From Terriglobia bacterium (lineage in GTDB: Bacteria; Acidobacteriota; Terriglobia; 2-12-FULL-54-10), in the NCBI GenBank assembly GCA_963666975.2, contig CAXVYR010000004.1:1504001-1568000 (forward strand): 64,000 nucleotides of DNA. Reading direction: 5' to 3'. The notes beneath the pieces were generated by a model, which was not told the DNA's origin, searched no databases, and worked only from the letters and a program-made list of their open reading frames with translations. Below are positions 1 through 9,242 of this stretch, piece after piece (within the stretch, counting starts at the first letter, position 1; the number at the start of each line of letters is the position of its first letter). The position numbers and the translations under genes were made by a program.

Positions 1-99
1 GGCTTAACGATAATTAGGCGATCATCTGCGTGCCATCCGCGAGGCGAATTACGATCGATTTGCTTGCTGAACCTGATACGCCGTCCCTATAATTGTCAG

Positions 100-1455
100 A
101 TGCCCAGACGCGCCACGCCCCACTGTTCCCAACCCACCCGAGCCATACTCATCCTCCTCTTGTGGCTGGCCGCGACGGGGTGCGCACGAGACGTGGCGGA
201 TCGAGACCCGGGTGATCTGGTCGTACTGACACGTAACGCCCCAACCACCTACTACATCGACCGCGATGGCGAGTTGGCCGGGCCTGAGTACGAGATGGCA
301 ATCGCGTTCGCAAAATCGGTAAACCGACAGGTTCACTTCGAGGTACTGGATTCGATAGACGAGATCGTGCGGGCTCTGGAAGAAGGCCGGGGAGACGTGG
401 CCGCGGCCGGGCTGACGCGAACTGTCGCACGGGAGCAACGCTTCGTAACCGGGCCGCCCTATCAATCAGTCGAGGAAACGGTCGTCTGCCGTCCAGGAAT
501 CGTCCTGCAGGACATGACGGAGCTGCCCGGCTTGGAAATCGGCATCATCGCAAACAGCAGTTACGAAGAAACGCTCACCGAGTTGCGTGAACGTGTGCCC
601 GAGTTGAGATGGAACGCGATAACGGACGAGGTAACCGAACAGGTGTTGCGGCGAGTGGCCGAGGGGGATCTGGACTGCACGGTTGCGGATTCGAACATCC
701 TCGCCATACACCAAAGGTATTTGCCGGAACTCAAGTCCGCTTTGACCCTCGGCACCGAGAAGGAACTCGTCTGGTTGCTTCCTGCCGGCAGCGAACGGCT
801 GGTGGAATTGCTGGACGCATGGTTTGAAAACTACCGTGTGAGCGGTGAGCTGGCGGTTCTGATGAATCGCTACTACGGGCACCTCAATCAGTTCGATCCA
901 TACGACGTTCAGGTGTTTGCCAGACGGGTAGATAGCCGTCTTCCGCAGTACCGGAATTTGTTCGAGCAGGCCGCCGGAGAAACGGGTCTCGAATGGACGC
1001 TTCTCGCTGCCCAGGCATACCAGGAATCCCACTGGGAACCCGAAGCGACCAGTCCGACCGGCGTTCGCGGCATCATGATGCTGACACAACCCACCGCCGC
1101 TTCCCTAGGAATCGAGAACCGGCTAGATCCCTCGGCCAGCATCCTTGGAGGGGCACGCTATCTCAGCCAGCGTCTCGAACGGATACCTCTACACGTTTCC
1201 GCGCAGGACCGGCTGTGGATGGCGCTGGCGGCTTACAACATCGGCCAGAATCATCTCCGCGACGCACGGATGCTTGCGGTAATGCTCGGGGAGAATCCGA
1301 ACACGTGGACCGGCGTGAAGGAGATCCTGCCCCGACTGTCGCAGCGCCGCTACCACCAACAGCTACCCGCGGGTTACGCCCGAGGGCTGGAAGCGGTGAT
1401 CTACATCGAGCGCATCCGCAACTACCACGATTTGCTCTTGGATCTGGTCAACTAG
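100..1455 (+). CDS. mltF: Membrane-bound lytic murein transglycosylase F
   Basis: N-terminal solute-binding-like domain plus SLT domain (AYQESHW, GVRGIMML, AAYNIG, GYARG); lipobox-like LAATGC; ATG at 100 chosen within ORF 64..1455. Confidence 0.9.
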   Translation: MPRRATPHCSQPTRAILILLLWLAATGCARDVADRDPGDLVVLTRNAPTTYYIDRDGELAGPEYEMAIAFAKSVNRQVHFEVLDSIDEIVRALEEGRGDVAAAGLTRTVAREQRFVTGPPYQSVEETVVCRPGIVLQDMTELPGLEIGIIANSSYEETLTELRERVPELRWNAITDEVTEQVLRRVAEGDLDCTVADSNILAIHQRYLPELKSALTLGTEKELVWLLPAGSERLVELLDAWFENYRVSGELAVLMNRYYGHLNQFDPYDVQVFARRVDSRLPQYRNLFEQAAGETGLEWTLLAAQAYQESHWEPEATSPTGVRGIMMLTQPTAASLGIENRLDPSASILGGARYLSQRLERIPLHVSAQDRLWMALAAYNIGQNHLRDARMLAVMLGENPNTWTGVKEILPRLSQRRYHQQLPAGYARGLEAVIYIERIRNYHDLLLDLVN

Positions 1456-1671
1456 AGCCAATCGCCGATATTTTCCCGAAGGGACCTTTTGGAGTGGATT
1501 GTAGGTCCTCACATGTTATCTTTTCTACGCGGAGAGACTCCCGGCAGGGGCCAAGTCTAGCAATACAAAACCGAAAAAGGACGGGTGCTTTAACAACACT
1601 TGATTGTGGAAGCACCTAAACAGGTCTAGATTAGATCGACCAGGCCGTCCATAGATTAATGAGGGTAGCAA

Positions 1672-3210
1672 GTGACTGAAAAGAATAAGGCAAAACGGAT
1701 TTCTAGGCGGGATTTCATAAGGACAACTGGAGCAGGGGTGCTGACTGCCGGAGTCAGTGCCAACATTGGCGTTATGGCCCAGAAAGAAAACCCACTAGAT
1801 CGAACCAACATCGATTCCAGCGATCCTAACTTCCAACCAATCCTGGAGGACTTACAGGGCAACATTCTAGCGAGCCATGGTCGAGATCATAGCGTTCATA
1901 TTTTCCTTAAGTTCAGATCAGACCTGGATGTCACAAATAAATGGATCCGAAGTTTTGCACAGAGCTACATCACATCAGCTAAGAAACAGGCCGAAGATGC
2001 GGAACGATATCGAAATGAAAACATTACAGGAGGCCTGTTCACCACCTTTTTTCTGTCTGCGCCCGGTTATAGGGTTCTGGAATTTCCGCTTGTAAAAATT
2101 CCATGCGGGCAGTAGGAGGCCTGTTCACCACCTTTTTTCTTGCGCCCGGTTATAGGGTTCATTTCCGCTTTTAAAAAAGGCAGTAGGAGCTTTCTTCGGC
2201 ATTTTACCCGTGTAAAGCTGAAAGACCCAGAAGTCCAGGACTGGGAAGAAGGTTTTCAGGATGAGATCCATGCATTAATTCTCATCGCCGATGACAGCAG
2301 CGAAAAGCTGGCTGAGGAAGCAGGAAAAATCCGGATGGAGGTCGAAAAGTTTGCGAGCATCCTTAATGTGGAAGTCGGACAAAGACTGAAAAGAGATGGA
2401 AAGGAAATCGAACCCTTCGGCTTTGCAGATGGAATCAGCCAACCATTGTTTCTGAAAGGCGACATTGAACGTGCGAAAAATCAGGGGACGGACAAATGGG
2501 ATCCATCTACAAATTTAAGCCTGGTTCTTACAAAAGATCCAAACGGGCTAACCGACTACAGTTTTGGCAGTTACCTCGTATACAGAAAACTCGAACAGAA
2601 TGTGGCAGGTTTCAAAAGACGGCTGCAATCCCTAGCTGAAGAGCTCGAAATAGATGAGGAATTGGCAGGAGCCCTCGCCGTTGGACGATTCCAGGATGGA
2701 ACTCCGGTAACACTCCAGGACACTCCCGGAATGGGAGCCATTTCTAACAATTTCAACTACGCTGACGACAGAGATGGAAATAGATGTCCTTTCCATGCAC
2801 ATATCCGAAAGTCAAATCCGCGCGGTGATACAGTGCCACCCCTTAGGGAGGAACGGCAACATCGGATTGTTCGCCGGAGCACGGTCTATGGGACGAAGAA
2901 TTTACAGTCGGAGCCAACAGAGGACATTGGACTGCTCTTTATGTGTTATCAAAGCGACATAGCAAATCAGTTCGAGTTTATCCAAGATTCCTGGGCCAAC
3001 CAGGTTCACTTTGCTCGGCAGAACACAGGTCTCGATCCAATTATTGGTCGTGGCGAGCAACTCCCCGAGGGACAATTGTGGCACAAAGAGTGGGGAGGTC
3101 GGCCAGATTCAACCGATATTGTGCATTTCGGCTTGGCTCATTTTGTTTCCATGAAGGGTGGAGAATATTTCTTTGCGCCTAGCATCGGTTTTCTGAAGCA
3201 GATCGAATAA
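1672..3210 (+). pseudogene. Tat-exported dye-decolorizing (DyP) peroxidase, split by an in-frame TAG at 2113-2115 inside a degenerate duplication (possibly an artefact)
   Basis: Twin-arginine SRRDFI; LQGNIL; FGFADGISQP (GxxDG); HAHIRKSNPR; IVRR; DPIIG; GGEYFFAPS. ORFs 1672..2115 and 2140..3210 are in the same frame. Confidence 0.85.
2028..2189 (+). repeat. Degenerate tandem duplication (unit of about 86 nt) inside the DyP gene
   Basis: aggaggcctgttcaccaccttttttct...gcgcccggttatagggttc...atttccgctt occurs at 2028 and again at 2114 with small deletions. Confidence 0.85.
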
Positions 3211-3340
3211 CTCATGTTTAATGAAACAGCCCTTTAGCCCGGTTGTTTGCTGGAGGGCATGGATAACCAACGAGTCCAAGACTGTTTCAGATGATAGCTG
3301 TTCAGACTATCCGTAAGGCATGGTTGGAGGAGGAGGAGTT

Positions 3341-5254
3341 ATGGTGACAGAAAAGCGCATGAATACTCGAAAACAGCCTTTCCCTTTTTTCTACAAGAAC
3401 CTTTCGTGGATTGTAGTATTCGGTTTGCTTTCCTGCATGGAAGTGATCGCGTTCCAAGCGTCGGATGCAGTAGAGGGCGATGATAGCCTAGAGGAACAAG
3501 AAAAGGGTGCATGGTATACCCCGCCGCTCCCTTCACTTGGCGATCGAATGCAGGCAGTGCATTCGGTTTTGTTGCCAAATGGCAAGGTCCTAATGGTCAA
3601 CGGAAGCAGCAATCGGAATAGAATTGAAAATAACGAAATACTGGATGGAGTTGACGTAACAGATTATGCTACTGTCAATAATACAGCCATCTTCGATCCG
3701 GAAGCACCGCCTGCGAGTCCCGGCATTACCCGCATTGGATCTCCCAACAATCCCGATGAAGCCGGTGAGTCTACAGACCTTTTCTGTTCTGGACATATAC
3801 ACCTCTGGAACGGAAATGTTCTGTTTGTCAGTGGAACACGATTCTACTATCCTCCCGAATCCTTTCGTGGCCACAAGAATGCAGTTGTATTTGATTGGAA
3901 GAATCTATCATGGCAGTCTGTCGGCAAAACAATAGACGGACACTGGTATCCCACATTGGTCCCTCTGTCTGACGGCAGGATTGCAGTTTTCTCCGGCTTT
4001 TCTGATGATGCGCCGGCCAACAGTCCACTTGTAGAGTTCTATGATCCAAAACAGTCCACTGAAGAGGCATGGACAGCAGTGAACATAGCCACACTGCCCG
4101 ACGGGCCTTTCACTTCTACGATAAGCACAGATCCGACAGACATTGACATGCTGCAATTCTACCCACGCATATTCCCGCTTTCCGACGGACGTCTGTTTAT
4201 TACCGGAGACGGTGCAGGCGTAGCGAACGTGGAGAGCCAGAATACCTATTTCATGTCTGTTTCCAGCGCGAACGGCGATCAGCCTCCTGTGGTTTCGTTC
4301 AGTCCTGGACCAAAGAGGATAGCTAAAAACAAGCAGTACGGCACAGCCGTGGTTGATCCCAATTCCCCCAATGGCGACATTCTGCTGATCGGAGGGATGG
4401 GGGGTACTAACAACGCGATCAACCACGGACCTGGCATGTTTGCCGTTCCCAGCGCGTATGTAACTGGCAACCTGGAACGTCTACGGGCACCTACAGCACA
4501 GAGTGACTGGTCCGTAGAACTCACGAAGCAATTTCTGGGTGATCAGCCAGAAGACGTCCGTACCATGCACTTGGCTGTAATTCTACCCACGAAACAGATT
4601 CTGGTAATGAACGGGGGCAATTACGCGTTCCACCGCCCCGTATACCATCCACTCCTTTTAACTCCAGATCCGTCTTCTCTCGGCGGCTACCGCATGAAAC
4701 GGATGAAATCTGCCAATCAACCTCGACTCTACCATAGTGCAGCGCTGCTCCTGCCCGATGGACGTGTCTTTACTGCGGGGGGCAATGCAAATCGTGCTGT
4801 CAGGAATCCAAACGACGGGGCCGTAACCCTCCTTGTTAAAAGAACGCCGCAGGGAATCTTTCAATTTGCAGAGAAAGGAGAATATGTGATTCCAGCCGAA
4901 AACTGGCAGATTGAAATATATGAGCCACCGTATCTTTTTATTCCAGGACCACGACCGGAGATAACTCAGGCACCCGAATCTGTAAACTATGGTGAGTCGG
5001 CAGCCCTCACTGTGAATAATATGACGATCGACGCTTCCCTTATAATGATCAAACTAGGCTCAGTGACGCACGGGTGGGATAACGGTCAACGATTGACAGA
5101 TCTGAGGTTCTCCCAGGACCTTAATAGAGGTGAAGTTACCTTCACGTCGCCGACCAACGCTAATGTCAACCCACCCGGCTACTATATGCTTTTCTACTTA
5201 AATGGCAGCGGAAAGCCTTCTCGTGCGGCCATGGTTCGACTTGGTGGAACATAA
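3341..5254 (+). CDS. Secreted copper-radical oxidase (galactose/glyoxal oxidase-like; Kelch propeller plus C-terminal DUF1929-like domain)
   Basis: DLFCSGH, HWYPT, FYPR, PRLYHSAALLLPDGRV, GSVTH, PPGYYMLF; hydrophobic N-terminus; GGAGGAG RBS before ATG 3341. Confidence 0.9.
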   Translation: MVTEKRMNTRKQPFPFFYKNLSWIVVFGLLSCMEVIAFQASDAVEGDDSLEEQEKGAWYTPPLPSLGDRMQAVHSVLLPNGKVLMVNGSSNRNRIENNEILDGVDVTDYATVNNTAIFDPEAPPASPGITRIGSPNNPDEAGESTDLFCSGHIHLWNGNVLFVSGTRFYYPPESFRGHKNAVVFDWKNLSWQSVGKTIDGHWYPTLVPLSDGRIAVFSGFSDDAPANSPLVEFYDPKQSTEEAWTAVNIATLPDGPFTSTISTDPTDIDMLQFYPRIFPLSDGRLFITGDGAGVANVESQNTYFMSVSSANGDQPPVVSFSPGPKRIAKNKQYGTAVVDPNSPNGDILLIGGMGGTNNAINHGPGMFAVPSAYVTGNLERLRAPTAQSDWSVELTKQFLGDQPEDVRTMHLAVILPTKQILVMNGGNYAFHRPVYHPLLLTPDPSSLGGYRMKRMKSANQPRLYHSAALLLPDGRVFTAGGNANRAVRNPNDGAVTLLVKRTPQGIFQFAEKGEYVIPAENWQIEIYEPPYLFIPGPRPEITQAPESVNYGESAALTVNNMTIDASLIMIKLGSVTHGWDNGQRLTDLRFSQDLNRGEVTFTSPTNANVNPPGYYMLFYLNGSGKPSRAAMVRLGGT

Positions 5255-5411
5255 CTTCCGAGCTTACCTTAAAGGTGCCTTGGTGTCCTCACGGATTAGT
5301 CCATATGAGCCCACAACGCCAAAATTCAAAGAGAGTCCTTCGGGCAGGAAGAAAAGGTCCTCGAATCTTGTTAATGGAATCTTGTTCAACGTACCGATAA
5401 ATTTGTCAGGT

Positions 5412-5807
5412 ATGAGCAATTTAATCGTAGTGCTCGGGATTCTGGTAGTGACCAGTCTGCTGCTGGCACAGGATGTCAACCCTTGGTTAGTTCCGGAAGC
5501 AGCAAAGAAGCACAAGAACCCCGTGACCTCCTCCCCAGAATCGATTAAAAAAGGAATGCTATTTTATAGAGGTAACTGCATGCCTTGTCACGGCGTGAAA
5601 GGGGATGGTGACGGTCCCAAGCGAGAAGAACTTCCCCGTAAGCCGGGCGATTTTACTGATCGTAGGAAGATGAGCACGATGGCAGATGGAGAGATTTTTT
5701 GGAAGATGAGTAAGGGGCGTGACCCCATGCCCTCGTTTGCTGCAAAGCTCAGTGAAGAGCAACGCTGGCACTTGGTGAATTATGTGCGCACCTTTGCCAA
5801 TAAATAG
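5412..5807 (+). CDS. Periplasmic mono-heme c-type cytochrome
   Basis: Signal peptide, CMPCH heme motif, PMPSF distal Met, WHLVNYVR tail. Confidence 0.85.
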   Translation: MSNLIVVLGILVVTSLLLAQDVNPWLVPEAAKKHKNPVTSSPESIKKGMLFYRGNCMPCHGVKGDGDGPKREELPRKPGDFTDRRKMSTMADGEIFWKMSKGRDPMPSFAAKLSEEQRWHLVNYVRTFANK

Positions 5808-6077
5808 GGGGCTCCGAATGGTCCTCTCCAGGTCCTTAAAGCTCGTCGCCCCAGCGTCCAGTACCAGCTTTTTCAGACACCTCTCTATTCCTGGAGGATA
5901 ATCGGAATCGTTTTCTTTGGTGCCAGTCTGCTGGCAAATAATCGTCTCTTCAAATGGCTTTCCGCTACCAGCAACCAATAATATCGCGCGCTCCACCAGC
6001 CATCAGGCGGGTACTTCCGTCATTAGAGGCCCGCCGTATGCTTTTAGGCGAAGGGTAAGCTCAATATCGAAAATTCC

Positions 6078-6356
6078 CGTGTTGTATTCCTTCCTCCATC
6101 CCTCGATCACAATTTGAGCCTTTTTCAACGAGTAGAAGATCTCTCCATTGAGGCACTCATCCCGCAACTCTGGGTGTGGATTCCGGCTTCTTTGCAGGCT
6201 TGGGGCACCGTCTTCCCGTTCGCTATTTGCACTTCGATCTGATGCAGGACCGTTACAATCTGTTCCGGTTTGTTCTTCTGGATCGACATGACCTGTTTTC
6301 CTCCTGGTCGAGATTCTCTCTCACTTCAGGTGGTACAAAAAACGCCGGTCAGGTCA
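6078..6356 (-). mobile_element. Internally deleted IS3-family remnant
   Basis: Minus strand starts TGACCTG (left end); orfA start MSIQKNKPEQIVTVLHQIEV...QACKEAGI is fused directly to the orfB tail LRDECLNGEIFYSL...IEGWRKEYN. Confidence 0.75.
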
Positions 6357-6366
6357 TGCTTCCATG

Positions 6367-6388
6367 CTGTACCAAAACTGTACCAAAA
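6367..6388. repeat. Tandem 11-nt direct repeat CTGTACCAAAA x2, possible integrase arm-type sites
   Basis: Exact repeat about 110 nt from the tRNA fragment; function inferred. Confidence 0.5.
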
Positions 6389-6500
6389 CCCTCAGGATTC
6401 AGTGCATTGGGATTAGCCTTGAGCGAAAAGCAGATTCCCTAAATTGTTGAAAACGTTGAAAGCAGAACACAAAGGATAGAGCCGTTGGAAAGGGCCATGA

Positions 6501-6542
6501 TGCTCCCGAAGCAGGTGCTCTACCAGGCTGAGCCACGCCCCG
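6501..6542 (-). pseudogene. 5' half of tRNA-Pro(CGG), probable att junction
   Basis: CGGGGCGTGGCTCAGCCTGGTAGAGCACCTGCTTCGGGAGCA gives the acceptor 5' strand, D arm and anticodon loop CGG, then diverges; no T arm or 3' end. Confidence 0.85.
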
Positions 6543-6597
6543 ACTAGGCTGGCGGGAATCTTCCAGGTTTTCCCACATTCCTAAACTGGCTAGAGCC

Positions 6598-6627
6598 AGT
6601 GTATGGTCCCTCCCAAAGCTTTGTCAA
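6598..6627 (-). promoter_or_regulatory. sigma70-like promoter upstream of the tRNA-Pro 5' half
   Basis: TTGACA-N18-TACACT on the minus strand, about 55 nt before the tRNA fragment. Confidence 0.55.
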
Positions 6628-6833
6628 CCGGGGACCGGAAATTCGCTGTCCTCCATGCTTCAGACGAGGCAGCCTAAAACGTGCTTCCTGCGGCTCGCGC
6701 ACATGCTAATTTCTTGGCCCGCCTGCGGAATGCATCCAAGAAGGAAGGCCGCCCAGAGGCCAGCAACTCTTTCGATGCTTCTATCAATGTTTTCAGGCTT
6801 CGTTTTCAGGCTTCGTTCCTATCCATGTTCCTA

Positions 6834-7607
6834 TTAACGGACCGAGAGCGTATTGAAGGATTCGATCCAATTTGACAGCGAGTGCAGGGGAGAAGGCTCG
6901 GTGCCGCCAAGGGTCAGCGGGGTGATGGCGATATAGCCGTCGCGAACGGCGGCATAATCGGAGTCGGGGGTGATTTTCTGCGCATCCACTTGCTCCGACA
7001 TCCAATAATATTTGCCATCCTTGGGGTCGGTGGTCTCCACCAGGACATTCCGGGCAATCCGGGTGCCTTGACGCGCCAGACGGACTCCGTTGCTCCAGCC
7101 GTCCGGCACGTTCACATTCAAAGTCACTCCCGCAGGCAGTCCTTCTTCCAAGACCATGCCTGCCAGCCGGGCTGCAAAGTCAGCCGCCGGCTCAAACTGA
7201 AAATTCTGCCGCGCGCAAATGGAGATTGCGATCGAGGGAACCCCGTGCAGCGTGCCCTCCACGGCCGCTCCCACCGTCCCCGAGTAGTAGGCGTTTGCCC
7301 CCAGGTTCGATCCCTTGTTGATGCCGGAAAAAACCATGTCCGGCCTTTCCGGGATGATGTGATTCAGCGCCAAGATGACCGCGTCCGCAGGAGTTCCATG
7401 CACGGCATGCCAATCCGTTTTCACCTGCTCATAGCGGAGGGGGCGTGACAAAGAAATCGAGTGGCTGGAGGCGCTCATCTCCTGGCGAGGAGCCACCACC
7501 CGCACCTGCCCCACGCGGCCCAGCGCCTGGGCCAAAGCAACAATGCCTTCCGAATCGACTCCATCGTCGTTGGTCACCAGTATGCTGGGTCTGGAACCTG
7601 CGGCCAC
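6834..7607 (-). CDS. surE: 5'/3'-nucleotidase SurE
   Basis: ILVTNDDG, GTPADAV, SGINKGSNLG, YSGTVGAA; GTG 7607 follows AGGAG. Confidence 0.95.
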   Translation of the reverse strand: MAAGSRPSILVTNDDGVDSEGIVALAQALGRVGQVRVVAPRQEMSASSHSISLSRPLRYEQVKTDWHAVHGTPADAVILALNHIIPERPDMVFSGINKGSNLGANAYYSGTVGAAVEGTLHGVPSIAISICARQNFQFEPAADFAARLAGMVLEEGLPAGVTLNVNVPDGWSNGVRLARQGTRIARNVLVETTDPKDGKYYWMSEQVDAQKITPDSDYAAVRDGYIAITPLTLGGTEPSPLHSLSNWIESFNTLSVR

Positions 7608-7664
7608 CTGGAATGCTCCTGTGGGAAAAGAATCTGCAAGGGGAAAACAGACAATCAACAGCAA

Positions 7665-7743
<79 letters not shown>

Positions 7744-7756
7744 TCTTTCACAGGTA

Positions 7757-8257
7757 TCACGTTTTCTCTAGCATGGTCAAGATTTCATCCAGCTCCCGGC
7801 GAATGCGCCCGAAAGCGGAGCGGGATGGTTCCGAGAAAGGCAGGCCGGTTTGCCGCCCGCGGGCCGGGGACGAATCCGAGCGGGAGCTGCTCCTCTTTTT
7901 TTTAAGCTGGTTCCGGGCGCCCGGAATCGTAAAGCCCTGCTGGTAGAGCAATCGCTTGATCTCGAGAACCACCTCGATGTCTTTCCGGCGATAACGGCGA
8001 TGCCCCGATTTGCCTTTGAAGGGACGAAACATCGTGAACTGGGTCTCCCAGAAGCGAAGCACGTATGGCTCCACGCCGGTGATGCGGGACACTTCCCGGA
8101 TTGGAAAGTAGAGTTTGTCGGGAATCTCCCCAGTCCCAGACTGCTTGTCCGCGCCAGCCGCTGCGGAGAGGGCCATGGCACTCGCCGCCTCCCTCGAAGA
8201 TGCTCCTCGAACCATGTCTTTAGTCTCTTTACTGTGTTCTGTGAGAGCGAACAACAA
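7757..8257 (-). CDS. MerR-family transcriptional regulator (true start may be downstream)
   Basis: IPDKLYFPIREVS...PYVLRFWETQF...RRYRRKDI; typical merR-tRNA-Pro-surE context. Confidence 0.9.
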   Translation of the reverse strand: MLFALTEHSKETKDMVRGASSREAASAMALSAAAGADKQSGTGEIPDKLYFPIREVSRITGVEPYVLRFWETQFTMFRPFKGKSGHRRYRRKDIEVVLEIKRLLYQQGFTIPGARNQLKKKRSSSRSDSSPARGRQTGLPFSEPSRSAFGRIRRELDEILTMLEKT

Positions 8258-8474
8258 CCCATCTTAACAATAGTGCCTGTGTCTGCGCAATTGTCAGCCG
8301 CGGATCGCAATGAACGGTCTTTCCGCCTTGGCTGTCTTGCCTTTTCCGGAAGGCCAAAACTCCTTTTCCGGAATCACCAGTGTAACCTGTAAAGTAACTA
8401 AAAAAGTAACCAGGCCAGCCTGGCGCCGGTCCGTAACTGCCGATTCTTCATTTGTGATATCCTATGAATTGACA

Positions 8475-9170
8475 ATGAATTGCAGACGATCAAAGCTCCA
8501 CTTATGCCTCTTGGGATTGATTCTGCTTGCCTGCTACAAGCAGACAGAAATCCTCGCTCACGCCTCTCCCCCTGCACCTCCCCAACGATCCATGAGCGAG
8601 GTGCTGAAAAATGTGGAAAGGAAATACAATCGCCTCAAAACCGTGCGAATGCGCTTTCAGCAGATTTACCGGCAGGGCGACCGGATCATCCGCGAAGAAG
8701 AAGGCATCTTGTACCTGCGCAAGCCGGGCAAGATGCGATGGGAGTATGAGCGTCCCGAGCCGAAGCTGTTCCTGACCGACGGACGCCGGCTGATCCTGTA
8801 CCTCCCCAATGAAAACCGGATGACGGAGACGGCGGTGAAAGAAAGCGGCGACTTGCGCACTCCTCTGCGATTTCTTCTGGGAAACATGCGGTTTGCCGAA
8901 GAGTTCCGGCGAATTGAAACCTCAACGGATTTTGAGCCTCTCGAAGACGGCAATCTCGTTCTCAAGGCATTTTCCGAGCGCCTGGAAAACCGCCTGGAAT
9001 GGGTATTGTTTGAAATCAACCCCGAACACCAAATCCGGAGGCTGGTCCTGCAAGAACCGGGTGATATTCAGCAGGAGTTTCGATTTGAAGGGGAAGAGTC
9101 GAATCTCCCCCTATCGGAGCAACTGTTCCGCTTCCTGCCGCCGGAGGGCACAGAAGTAATCCGGCAGTGA
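8475..9170 (+). CDS. lolA: Outer-membrane lipoprotein carrier LolA family
   Basis: GILYLRKPGKMRWEY, LFLTDG, FRFLPPEG tail; signal peptide. Confidence 0.85.
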   Translation: MNCRRSKLHLCLLGLILLACYKQTEILAHASPPAPPQRSMSEVLKNVERKYNRLKTVRMRFQQIYRQGDRIIREEEGILYLRKPGKMRWEYERPEPKLFLTDGRRLILYLPNENRMTETAVKESGDLRTPLRFLLGNMRFAEEFRRIETSTDFEPLEDGNLVLKAFSERLENRLEWVLFEINPEHQIRRLVLQEPGDIQQEFRFEGEESNLPLSEQLFRFLPPEGTEVIRQ

Positions 9171-9242
9171 GAAGAGCTTCCCGGCTGTCTGTGATACGAA
9201 GGGCTGGAAAGAAGAGAGAAGGCTCTCTCCCGAGAAAGTACG

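Noticed and set aside
5808-6077. Possible minus-strand gene fragment between cytochrome c and the IS3 remnant
   Set aside because: No recognisable motif; overlaps the cytochrome gene antisense
6501-6542. Intron-split tRNA
   Set aside because: The break is in the anticodon stem rather than the loop, and I saw no group I/II intron features or 3' exon
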